A DNA stretch of 61,607 nucleotides, counting the filler, from Choristocarpus tenellus KU-1152 (lineage: Eukaryota; Protista; Phaeophyceae), in NCBI GenBank assembly GCA_964200185.2. It is 8 parts of 8 records of this genome, joined end to end, with 100 filler letters (N's around TTAATTAATTAA, not from the genome) between each part and the next. Parts side by side here need not be neighbours in the genome. Positions count along the whole stretch, not along the records: positions 35,576 to 48,651 come from CAXNAD020001595.1; positions 48,752 to 61,607 come from CAXNAD020001688.1; 6 more parts are not named here. One strand, written 5' to 3'. Below the pieces are notes generated by a model. It made no database searches. It had not been told where the DNA came from and worked only from the letters and a program-made list of their open reading frames with translations. Below are positions 39,301 to 50,926 of this stretch, piece by piece. The stretch's first letter is position 1. Each line of letters begins with the position of its first letter. The position numbers and the translations under genes were made by a program.

Positions 39301-40899
39301 TCACACCTTTCCTCTACAGGTCATCCAGAACTCAACGCAGTTCCCTTCCGTAGGTAAACATCTCAATCATGGTTCGGACCACTACTTCACATGCACCTGC
39401 TCCATCACAGAAGGCTGGGGTTCAAGGGGAGAGAAGAGTGGGTGAGTGTGAGGGGATTCTTGGAACAATAATAAAGGACAGAAAAACGTATTGAACCAAG
39501 TGCAGTGTAGGAAGTGGTGACAGAGATAGTATGGGGAACATAAAAATTGTGGGGGAGAGTAGGGGCAATTCCTAGGACTCTCTCTTACAGTGTATCAGAA
39601 TTTGATCCCAAAACATCACAAATATGGGCATTTAGTATAATATTTCTCAAGCCAAATGTGGCCAACTCGTGCTATGATTAATGATTTGGCATCAGAACAA
39701 ATTACCTCCACATGGAAATAATGGTTCCCATATCCAACTTGCCACTAAAACATTGAAATTTCATATTTTTGTGGACATATACTACAGATCTGTATTCAGC
39801 AAACTTTTTACATACACACCACATGTAGCCCGAGAAAAAGCACCATGCATTCCTAAATTTGTCATTTTCGGGGACCAAATTTTCACTGCAAGAGATGGCC
39901 TGAAAACATGAAATTTGTGTTGCACCTAGAGCATATTCCTATCTACAAAAATTGCAAAAAATGTAACGTTTCACCCCTAACATAACTAGGGGTCATAATA
40001 TATGTGTGCAATAAACTTGCCAAACAGTGGTTGGCAAGCTGTACAATCGGCATTGAATTTTTGGTGAACTATGTACAGGTGGTGATAAGGGGATAAACAG
40101 GATAACAGTTAGATACAGAAAACGAACGAAACAAGGACTTTCTGGTAGGATATCATGTTCAACTTGTTGAAAAAATGTAGCTAAGGATGCTAAACTTTAT
40201 GGGCCAGGCTAGCCCACTTCCTTCTGAGCCATAGCTACTCAATATACACAAACTAATCTTCTGATAGCGATGGAAATCATCACAGTTACTAGAACACAAC
40301 CTCTCCAAACATGCCGAGTGTTTCCTCTGAGTAGGAACTGAAGTATCAAAAATTATTGAAGACAATATATTCTGCTGGTGCCTACCTCATCAAATGGTTA
40401 CTTGATTCACTCACTTACAACATAAATGTGACGAAAAAAATGTTGGGGGATGACTGTTCCATGTAATTCACTAGAGAATCTACAGCACATACAGAAATAA
40501 ATACAAGATGAGAATCATTAATACTAAAAATATTCATTCTATTTTCCCCTACCACATAAAAGACTGCCTACTGATACCAACAAAATCAGTGCATCTGTGG
40601 AATCCAACATACTCAATAATACAAAGGCACTCCGGTACTTACTTGCACAGCATACAAAATGTGACATCAGCGACACTGTCCAACCTCAGTAATTTAATTT
40701 CATCGATCAATGGATATTTCATCTGCACTTGGAGAAATACACCGAAACATTGCCTATCACTTTCTAATCCCCACCCTATCCTTCTCAAATAGCAATCTTT
40801 CGTAACTCTGTGATCACTTCTAGGATTTACCCTCAGTGATGACACCTACCATTCCAACACATGACTACCCCTCCTCCACCACTCCACAGGTACAACTCT

Positions 40900-41139
40900 G
40901 CCTCAAAGAATGGATTTAGTTGGTCATCAACAATTGGCAGACATAGTTTGTCATCCAGCAGCCACCTCCGGCACCAGCAAGGCACAGCAAAACCGCGAAA
41001 ACCACAGTCACCCATGCCCTGGGGGCTGCCCTTACCACACTCTTCACACCACTACCAAACACCTCACATGAAGTTGATGGATAAGAAGGGTGATGTGCAG
41101 GAGCAAGGGTGGAGCTAACTACCAGAGTCCATCATAGGC
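40900..41139 (-). ncRNA. Long box C/D snoRNA-like gene, copy 1 (240 nt; D box mutated to TTGA)
   Basis: Minus strand GCC-t-ATGATGG ... TGGATGAC ... TGATGA-CCAACTAAATCCATTCT-TTGA-GGC; terminal stem tgcc/ggca; internal hairpin with G:U pairs. Confidence 0.7.
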
Positions 41140-42176
41140 AAGGTATTGTATCCCTGGGACTTACTATGTCGAGGCACGTACAAAAACGCATACTTGAACA
41201 TTCTTATCCATCTCTCACTCAAATACATACATATATTAAGACCACACAACACTTAGTTTTACTTTCAAGGGTGGGGCACGAAGAACCTGGACAAGAGTTA
41301 CACATTCTACTCCCCCGGTTCATCCCCAAGTTTTAGATATGGTACAAAATATGTCTGATATGTGCCAGGTGATGGGATAACAGGAACATACAGTTCATCC
41401 AAGTGAATACAACCATTATCTTGGTGTACTGCTAACTCAAGATATCCCTTGCTTCCACTGATCAAGACATCAGGAGTTGCCAGGTTAGCACGCCGGTAAA
41501 AATACCTGTTGGTGAGGACGTAAGTCAAAAACCAAAATATTTTCATGGATCCCTTCCACATACTGTTCTGAACTGCTATCCAACTGGGTTCCTACTAATT
41601 CTCTTCTTTATGGCGAAAGGTAAACCCTATAGCAAGCAACAAATACAAGTGATTTAAGACAAATACAATGCCCTATCTCCAAAAAAAACAATACATTGTA
41701 AGCAGTGTAAAATATGACAATTTACTCCTTGCAAACCAAAACCCTTCCCAACTTCCAAGTATTGATGCACAACAGCAACATAAGCACTTCACTTGCCATT
41801 TTCTTTCCTGTCTTGAATTGGCATCACAAAATATACCACAAAATTCCAGCACAAGAAATGATGAGATTTTCAGCACTTCAAAAGAGGTTTCTAAGGGATG
41901 ACTCTTGCAAAAAGGCAGACCCGCCAACAACGAGTGGAGTATAACAATTGTGTGCGCTCACTGTGCTACTGCTGGTATTTTAGTGCCCATCACAAAGACA
42001 GCACTGAACCTCTCAAGGGATACAACAATAGCACACAATGGACACACCTCATTCAGAGTTGTCAACACCAATATAACTTTATACTTCCAACATATCAACA
42101 TTTTCAGGTGCAATATACTATGTATAAATTGCAAATCAAAATCCTTCATCCTCCCCCCCAACCATGGAAAGTTCTA

Positions 42177-42472
42177 GCCTCAGAGAATGGATTTAGTTGG
42201 TCATCAATCTTTGCAGATATAGTTTGTCATCCACTCATCAATCCCAGCATCAACGGACATGACAAAACAACCACGAAAACCGTGGTTGGTCACATCTCAA
42301 TGACTAGCCATCAATATCCCCCTCCCCTCCCCATCACATCCCATTCTCCCCTACAGGCTAACCCCCAATGCCTCGCAAAAAATGAGGAACAGTGGGGTTG
42401 AGGGCAGGGAAGGAGAGGGATGGAGAAAAGGGATAGGACAGGAGGGATCAATAAGAAGAGTCCATCATCGGC
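42177..42472 (-). ncRNA. Long box C/D snoRNA-like gene, copy 2 (296 nt)
   Basis: GCC-g-ATGATGG, then a long pyrimidine/purine hairpin, then the AACCACG-gtttt-CGTGGTT hairpin, TGGATGAC, and TGATGA-CCAACTAAATCCATTCT-CTGA-GGC. Confidence 0.8.
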
Positions 42473-43007
42473 CAACTCTCTCTCTACTGCAATTAATCCC
42501 CTTTGGTCATAATGTCCACATAATTGCAAAATACAAATTTCCTTCTGTTTTACAGTGTTGAATGAGGTCACTTCACATTCTACTTCCACTCATGCAATTA
42601 AGAGTGCTGTCATTGATATCCATTTCCCAAAATCGGCTGTGAAACCAACCCTTGATGCTGTACAAAAAATATACAGCTCTTAAGTGAGAGTAATTTTTTG
42701 TGTTACCAAAATATTTGAGCATTGGAGCCAAGAGGATTCAAGCCACTGGATGCAAGGGGGTGAAAAATAAGAAAAACTGGGCAGCAACATCACCTCATTA
42801 CTAATGCAAAGTCACTTCATAGAGGAGAACAAAATATTCAATTGTAACCAGTACCTTGAAACACATTCCAACATTTGGCAAGCGGTGATACCTCTGCTGC
42901 TTTGAAGAGGTGCTATGTATCTCCATGATGGAGCTCAATATTAAAATGTGAGGTCTTTCCTCCAATAACCTCAAGCCTTCCCTACCCACTGAGCTGAAAA
43001 AGCGCTT

Positions 43008-43259
43008 GCCTCAGAGAATGGATTTAGTTGGTCATCACATAGCGGCAGACGTTTTTTGTCATCTACTGAAACGACCCGGCGCTTGCAAGTCATGGCAAAA
43101 CTGCGAAAACCGCAGTTGGCCATGCCCTGCAGACTGCCCACTAAAAACTCTCCCTTTTTGCATGCTCTCACTTCCGTCCTCCAATAAAGGAGAGGAAAAG
43201 GAGCCTACGGTAGGGTGGAGCGAAGTGAGTGGAGCAAAACAGCAAACTCCATCATTGGC
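43008..43259 (-). ncRNA. Long box C/D snoRNA-like gene, copy 3 (252 nt)
   Basis: GCC-a-ATGATGG ... CATGGCCAACTGCG-gtttt-CGCAGTTTTGCCATG hairpin ... TAGATGAC ... TGATGA-CCAACTAAATCCATTCT-CTGA-GGC. Confidence 0.8.
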
Positions 43260-44121
43260 GGGCATTTTCATTCCGTGTGTGGGATATATTAGAAGATTCA
43301 CATGTACACGTTAACATGTACCCAATTTTCATATCTTCACAGGGGCATTGAAGTACAATTTCCTGAAGATATTCAACAAAGTTTTTCATCTTGAAAACAA
43401 AGTCTGTACTGCCATATTTGATAATATCTTCTACAACTCATGCTGAAACTTGCCACAGAAAAGCCATGCAGAGTCCAAGACTCGGCGCTTCTTCTACGCC
43501 AAAAAATGAAGAGCCAAAAAGTAACACGCAATGAAGCTGTATCACAGTATCAATCTTCCAGGCGTAACTGAATGCCGCACAATAAAACATGTCTTTCCAC
43601 AAGCCAGCACAAGCCAGAAAGGAGTGCACATTTCTTGCTTTGTGTCAGAGGTCCACTCAGCGATACGTAACCTCTTACGCCAAGAGAGTTGCATCCCTTC
43701 AAAATTCACAGTCACAATTCTGCAGCTTCTTGCTTAGCTTAGCTATTGACTCAATTAATTTGAGGTAGAGGCCTATGCACTCCATCCCATAAGATAACAC
43801 CCTTGACAAAAATATGGGATATGGGTCAGACACATGATATTCACAGAGGTTACTGTCAGCATGTACGGGATGGCACAGTAGCCCTGCTTAATGCATCACA
43901 TAATGAGACACCAAATCACTTTATTTCGCACAAAAACGGCATGAACAAAACTTGGGGGATTTTACATTCCCTCTAAGTAAGACCCCCCCCCCCTCCATGC
44001 AATATCTCTCGTACCAACTGTATATTAATTGTCTTTATGTGATATTCCTAGAGTAAGGAAACATTTGGCATTAAACATTATGCACGCACCGTCCATTGAG
44101 TAAGCGAATCATGGAAATAAA

Positions 44122-44378
44122 TATCCAAAGTAATTGAGAGATAGGCAGGTTTGGGCCCATTTGCATTCTAATGCCACCTTTTAACCCTGTGTAACAAACC
44201 CCGTTTCATTGCTTTTTATGGACAGTAGCATATACAAAATTGACATTACCGTTTCCACATACAAAGTGACACCACAATAGAGCAAAGGCTCATTCTGAAA
44301 TTCAACAAAATTACCTCTTTTTTCCATTCTCGGGATCCTTAAAATGCAACCTTGCCCACCTCTCAATTTCTTTGGGTC
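44122..44378. mobile_element. MITE family C
   Basis: TATCCAAAGTAATTGAGAG ... CTCTCAATTTCTTTGGGTC. Confidence 0.8.
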
Positions 44379-45028
44379 AGATAATTAAGGACACTCTTCA
44401 GGAGAGCGGGTACTTCTGGCTGAACACCAGATATGGGAACGCTAACAATCCAATCCCTTTAACAGTTGAAAGACTTGGGCTTTGGCCCTATCTTAAACGA
44501 TTAGAAACTTGATAACACAACTATTTACTAAGATCAATGCATGCTGGATTTTGGATTATTTGGATTAAATCAGAAAGTATTTGCGCTAGGTCTCACCCTC
44601 AGGCACACTCGATATATTGAAAAAAGAGCATGAAATGACATACAAGGTGCCAAGATAAACAAGGGTGCACCCATTCACCATTCACAACTTTCTAATTCTA
44701 AGCCGATGTATATCTGAAGATCTCTCGTGTTCACATGAACCAGGAACAGAACTGCTTCGAAGAGAAGAAAGGGATCTCGATAGGTGCATGGATCTATAGA
44801 TGTTGCACAACAACCCGCAGGCACGAACATCCCTCCCTCACCTTGCTGAGTTGCACTTGCACTTAGGCAACATTGGAGGCATGGAGCTTATCAGCCATCC
44901 ACCAGCCCAAAATACGTCGAAATTCTGTAACGTATACGTTTTGAAGGAACGAAAGACTATATCCGCCCGAATGTTCAGTGCGATGGAGATGAGGGGTGAA
45001 TATCATGCAATTGCGAGGCACATCTTAC

Positions 45029-45725
45029 CTGGTGTGGATAAAGGCGGCTGATAATCGCTTGTCGCCGCAAAATCTGCAGCTGCTCTTCCCCCTTAGCAAA
45101 AATTTTCTCACTTTCGTTCGGCGAGCATTCACGCGCCTTGACAAATCCCAGTCTTGCGCGCCTGATAGCGTAGTCTCTATAGTTGTAGTCCTTTCCCGTG
45201 AAGAGTAGAGTCAAAAGGTGCGGGGCATTGATGCATCGGTAGGCGATCGAGACACGGACGCGGTGTGGGGAGGGACATAGAGTTGGAGTAATGCTTCCAC
45301 TTATATGACTCAGGGGTAGGGGTTCAAGCCAACGTTTCCAGCAGCGAAGCGAAGTCAAGGAATGAAAAAACGTGGAAATCAATGTAAGTTAAAAAGAAGT
45401 GTGTCCGATTAAGCACACTCCTTTGACATATGTTGTAAAAGGAAACTAGGATAGCAAAGGGCATCGTTATGCCAACGATGAGCGAAAATATATTCTTGGC
45501 ATCCAGAAGATAGACATCAAAGAGAGGTAGATGTTCTCGAATTCCAATTTTGTTAGGAATAGGTTGGTAGGTCCGCCATGATTCCCTCTTTCGCTTCAAA
45601 ACACAAACAGAAGCGTAATTTCGATCATATAACAGAAAATAAGTGTCACTAACCATGAGCTGGCGTCCCTCTCGAAGTAATTGTCTATACAGGCCAAGAG
45701 CGGCCGTTCTAGACGGCGGAACCAT
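45029..45725 (-). CDS. LYRM4: LYR-motif protein 4 / ISD11 (mitochondrial Fe-S cluster assembly, NFS1 partner); last exon not located
   Basis: Exon1 45725-45654 MVPPSRTAALGLYRQLLREGRQLM|gttagt. Exon2 45190-45029 DYNYRDYAIRRARLGF...GEEQLQILRRQAIISRLYPHQ|gtaaga. LYR, DYN.R.YA.RR...F and L..LRRQ..IS.LY motifs are typical of ISD11. Confidence 0.9.
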
Positions 45726-46729
45726 GTTGATACAAAGTGTGGTGGTGGGAGTGTCAGGAACCTTCGAGCAATCCTGTATGTAGTAAAAAGGTGTATGTAT
45801 GTTTTTTTAAGAAACCCTCCCATCTCTTTATAAACAGTAGTAGTATTAATAGGATGTAATGGTTCCTCCTTGAACTTGACAGATAACAAAATACAAGTAT
45901 AATGTCCACTCTCCACTCCTTCCGCGACTTGATCCTTGCTGGGGCTATGACTCTCCCAGGCTTAACCCATGACACTTAGCGGCTGTCGGGGTGAGATGGA
46001 TGGACCACCACCCTCGCAGTTTGGTTTCCTGTGGTCGTTTGAAGAGGAGAAAAGGCAACAAGACGTATTGAAAGATACCTTTTCAGATCGTGTGACTTTC
46101 CTCTTATTATAATTGAAAAAGGTGACTATCATTTAAGATTTGATCCCCACTGTGGCTATGACTCTCCAAGGGTTGCCAAATGACGCGTGACCGCTTTTGG
46201 GGGTCGGAATGATGATAGACGCCCTCCATCGCCGTTGAGTTTGAAGAGGAGTAGAGGAAAAAGATCCGATGACGGATGTCATTTCGGGGACATGGTATCT
46301 TCCTCAGCATCTTATCATTGTGTTACTTCCTCCTATTCGAAAGAGAAGAGGTGACTATCATGCTTGCCATGTAAGGCCCTCTACCTTCACCTGAGTGGAG
46401 TTGCTAAAGTTAGGTGTGTTTGGTTTGTTTTTTCCTGTCTACTATGATTTCCTATCATATGACTTTTGTGTCTATCTGCTAGAGTCCTCTCACCCCAGTT
46501 TTCCTGAGGAATCCATGAAACACGTGGATGCAGGATGACAGTTGAGCAACTTGCACGTGGGAGATGATATGTACGTGTTGGTAAGCTGAGGGAGGAGGGC
46601 GCAGTGATGTGTATACAATAACTTACTTGTAGCAACACATGTTGAGGATTTAGGATGTGGCTAATGATCATTTCACTCTCGTGTCCCACCTTCAGATAAT
46701 CTAGTTTGTCCTGGGTCTAGTCAACCCAA

Positions 46730-47320
46730 GGTTCCGTAAGTGTTGATGGAGGTTTTGGCGGGTACAAGAGTGCCCTTGCTTTACGCTTGCACTCTCCCTT
46801 TTTCATGGTAACATGGCTAAAGGATGAGGTCTCCCTTGCTTATATCAGGCGAACAAATCATTCGTGCGTCAAATGTCAGACTTCTGGAGTGTTGTTTCCC
46901 GCTTTCTGCAATCAACCCGTAAATTGCACAACTGCTGAAGATAATCAAGTTCAACAAACCTGCATCAACAACTCATGCAAGGATGATGAAGACCCCACAG
47001 CAAGTTCAGCAATTGCAATAGAGAAGTAAACCTTCACTCGATCACAAATCATCTAACCACGACTTAACCTGAACTCCAAACATCCAACCCCATATACCCA
47101 ATTAATTTCATAACAATACAAATAGTGCATGAAGGTACGTTTCTTAGCTTGTGTAGAACTCAACATCTATCTATATCTTATTCAAAACCTCAGCACCAAC
47201 GATCCTTCAACTTCCCCCTTCAACTCCACCCTTACTTCATTGACTGGTTTCGTGTTGATGTCAAATTCTATGTCTCCTCTAGAGATTACTCACCCATTTT
47301 CATGTGAGCCAACATCTCTA
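46730..47320 (+). repeat. Old dispersed repeat, homolog of 6500-7115
   Basis: Same colinear blocks as 6500-7115. Confidence 0.7.
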
Positions 47321-47663
47321 TTCATTTGTTTTTCAATTCCAAAACATTATACTATGTAGTGTAACAGTAGTAGTGTAACATGTCTGTTACACATATACAC
47401 GTGTTAGACACCAATTGTATTTGCACGTAACTGGAGAGGTACTTGTTTCAAGGGGAGTTGTGCATTTCAAGCTGGAGATACTTGGCCGGTGGGTACGAAG
47501 GGACATTTACAGATTCTTCCCTCACCCCTCGCCCATGTTCATAAGGGTAGGCTGGAGCATAGTAGTAGTTTGAACATTGGTTCGCCGGAGACAATATCTC
47601 AGGGGACCTTTTTGTATATATATATATATATATATTTATTTATTTTTGTAAGTCTTTCAGAAA

Positions 47664-48004
47664 GAGTCAAAGCATTTAAGATGGTAGGGCCGGGTCGGTT
47701 CGGGGCCATAAATCCAATGTTCCGATTTTGATTCATTTTGGTTGTCGTGTTTGTTAGCAAGTGTCAATATCCTTGCTCCGGACACACCTTTCATAGTCGT
47801 ATACATTTTAGGTAACTGTGTTCGCACAGAAAAGGTTCAAAGTATCTGGGGGGGGGGAGGGTCTTCACCAGGGTGTCCATTCGGGCCCTGACCAGGAGAA
47901 GTGCATTTACATTCAATCCGGAAAAGGGCATAAAAAAAAGTGGGAAGCCAAGCCCCGAACGGACAAATAGGGAAAAACTCCTACCCTCTTAAATGCTTTG
48001 TTTC
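47664..48004. mobile_element. MITE family B containing a family A fragment (about 47835-47915)
   Basis: Family B TIRs at both ends; internal GGTTCAAAGTATCT(G)n...GTCCATTCGGG. Confidence 0.75.
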
Positions 48005-48182
48005 AGAAGTGACTACTCTTGCACTTACAAAAAATGTTAAGCCTTGATCTTGATTTTTTCCCTCCCTTGACAAATCTACAAAATGTCTTTGGGCATATAA
48101 TAATATGTATGTCATGTACTAATAGTAGGTATGGGTAGACACGAAATAGTACAGATTTGTAACTGCTATCAGAATCCACTGT

Positions 48183-48385
48183 GAGCTGAACCAGTTGAGA
48201 GGTGGGCAGGTTTGGACCTTTTTTGCGTTCCAAGCCATCTTTATTACCCTGTGCAGTACACTATCTCATTGCTTTATGCGCACAATAGTGCATGCAAAAT
48301 GAGTATTCCCCCTTTCCACACACAAAGTGGCACCACAATTAAGCAATTGCTCTTTCTGCAATTGTACAAAATCGCCTCTTTTTGC
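48183..48385. mobile_element. MITE family C, truncated
   Basis: GAGCTGAACCAGTTGAGAGGTGGGCAGGTTTGGACC...; right TIR missing. Confidence 0.7.
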
Positions 48386-48596
48386 CCCCAAGCGCACCCC
48401 AAATTTACCAAGGGCTCACCCCTCTACTGTTCAATTTCATTCTCTCCTGGTACTATCTGGAGTCCAGGGGGTACTATCTGGCAGAGCTTCCCTACACGTT
48501 ACCTCCTCAGCGTAGGCCCCCCCTAATACTGATGCAAAGCTCTGTGCGTGTGAGTAGCCTACAGTACCCCGTCCGGGCCATATTAGATCAGCAGTA

Positions 48597-48830
48597 GGGT
48601 CAAAGTATCTGGGGGTGGGGGGTGTTTTGTGAGGGGGCGTCCGTTTCGGTCNNNNNNNNNNNNNNNNNNNNNNNNNNNNNNNNNNNNNNNNNNNNTTAAT
48701 TAATTAANNNNNNNNNNNNNNNNNNNNNNNNNNNNNNNNNNNNNNNNNNNNATTTGAAATGTCAGCAAAAAAAAGAGTTGTTTGACCGAAATGGACACCC
48801 CCTCACACACCACCCCAGATACTTTGACCC
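48597..48830. mobile_element. Family D TIRs on both sides of a linker gap
   Basis: GGGTCAAAGTATCT...GTCCGTTTCGGTC [gap] GACCGAAATGGAC...AGATACTTTGACCC. Confidence 0.7.
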
Positions 48831-50494
48831 TCTTCACTAACGTGCACAGGGGTGAGAGCCAAACCATTTCTTCACAATTCCATTTGCTCAATCCAAACAT
48901 TTGAGTCCAAAACGTTGTGTCAATCTGTGAATGTCTCACCACTTATTTAAACAAGCTACAGATCTGAGACAATCTTCAAAACCCAACTTTTCTAGATAGT
49001 CGCCGCATCACATATCATGAAGTTTTCCAGACCAAGGTACTTTTAATGTTCACCTCTGTTCTGATAGTATCTGTATTAAATCGTCAGTCTCGAAATCTCA
49101 ATGTACCTCACCCCCTCACTCCTCATACATTGTCTCCATATCTAGTTTGTTTTGAACTTGGAATTGTGATTGAAAGCTGGAGCACCAGTGGCACTAACCA
49201 CCAGCAAGAGGAGTGATACAAGTGCGTGACTGACGGCACCAAGAGCTTCATGACCAAATGACATTTCAAGGAAGTTGTTACAGCCAATGTATGTCACACC
49301 AAAGCAGCAGCTTAGGTCGTCCAAGTCACCAACACCACCACCACTAAATGGTGTTTCTTTCTGGGTAGATTTTCTTAAATCCTTTCTTTGTTTTCCTCCT
49401 TCTCTTCCCCTTCATGTTTTTTGGGCGATGGTGTTTTTTCTTATGAGGGTTTTATCCTTCGTATTCCTTTGTTTTTCGTCTCCGTTCTATTTTTTTTTCT
49501 CTATTGTTTTTTCTTTTGCACTCATTGTTCCATTTTCTCAATCAGTATATTTTGGCCTTTGGACTATGCCTTTTTTTTTAGTCTGGAATCTCTCAAACTG
49601 ATGTGGACAACAATAATAGTGATAAATTTGATTTTAAAAGTGACATAACAGTGGTGATAACGATAAAAATTATACATGCAATAACAACAACAACAATGAT
49701 AAACAATTCCCTACCTCCTCGCCCTGGGGTGCAGGACTAAGTTAGGTCGGAGGCACAGGAGCAGCGATGTAGCATAGTGGTAGTAAAATAGTAAATTGAT
49801 GAACGTCCTTCACATCTACGACAACTGTTACTTGCTTAGGGGTCATTCTGACATTTAAATGGTTTTCTTTGTTTTTCTCCTGACACATCTACAAATTGTC
49901 AGAGGGCATAATAATATAGTAACAATGATAACAACAAAAACTGATGATTTGTGATAATAACGACAAGATCGATAATAATGGAAATGATACTGATGATACT
50001 ATTGATACTAGTGATACTAATGATGATAGTGCAGAGCTGTGTCTGGCTCAGACAACGCTTTCCCGAATAAAATAGCAGTAGCTGCACAGGCAACACATAC
50101 ATCGGATCAGATATATTTCCTCCAATCTTTGCCACCACCAACAAAGAAAGGACATGCTATCACCACTAAAGGCCCAGCCCTCTGCCCTCTCCAATTTTCC
50201 CCTTTCTCCCCTTGCCACTTCGAACTCTGTGTCTATCAGTTGTGGCATCAAACAAAGTATTATGCCGAACTTGCAGAGTCAGTCGCTGGTGCCAATGGGC
50301 ATGGCAAATATGTCCGTTCCAATAGTTATGAATTTGATATGTGTGTGTTCTATTTTGTGCCAATTCTACATCATGCCGACTGAGATGGCCATAAGAGAAG
50401 AACCTGCAACATCACAAGCTTGGAGTCATAATTGCAGGCTCTAATGAAGTTACCTCATATTATCCCTTGAGCAGTTCCATAGTACACTTTATGT

Positions 50495-50926
50495 TGACCT
50501 TCTTCATGGACTCTGTACACCAAACCTTGCTCCGTTGGATACTGCAATTGGTAGTGAAATCGCCATATTTGATAAGAGTGTTTCAAACGGAGTGTTCCTA
50601 AGGTGATTTGTTCAATGAACCTTGGAAATGTATCACAATGTATCACCAGGACGTCACCAAAACGTATCACCCACTTGTAGGGTTTCTTGGTTGCACTCAT
50701 TCAGGGAGATTGACCTTCTTCTTGGACTCTGTACACCAAACCTTGCTCCATTGGATACTGCAATTGGTAGCGAAATCGACATATTTGATAAGAGTGTTAC
50801 AAATGGAGTGCTCCTAAGGTGTTTTGTTCAATGAACCTTGGAAATGTATCACAATATATCACCAGGACATCACCAAAGCGTATCACTCACTTGTAGGGTT
50901 TCTTGGTTGCACTCATTCAGGGAGAT
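50495..50926. repeat. 216-bp tandem duplication (12 substitutions)
   Basis: Units 50495-50710 and 50711-50926 aligned by eye. Confidence 0.95.

Noticed and set aside
42801-42989. SSIME segment as the ISD11 terminal exon
   Set aside because: No AG acceptor in the required phase 0.
40900-43259. tRNA-derived SINE, U6, U14 or composite C/D-H/ACA scaRNA readings of the triplicated element
   Set aside because: The plus-strand A-box-like stretch has no B box or tail; U6 and U14 similarity is short and not shared by all copies; no conserved H box (ANANNA) or correctly spaced pseudouridylation pocket was found.
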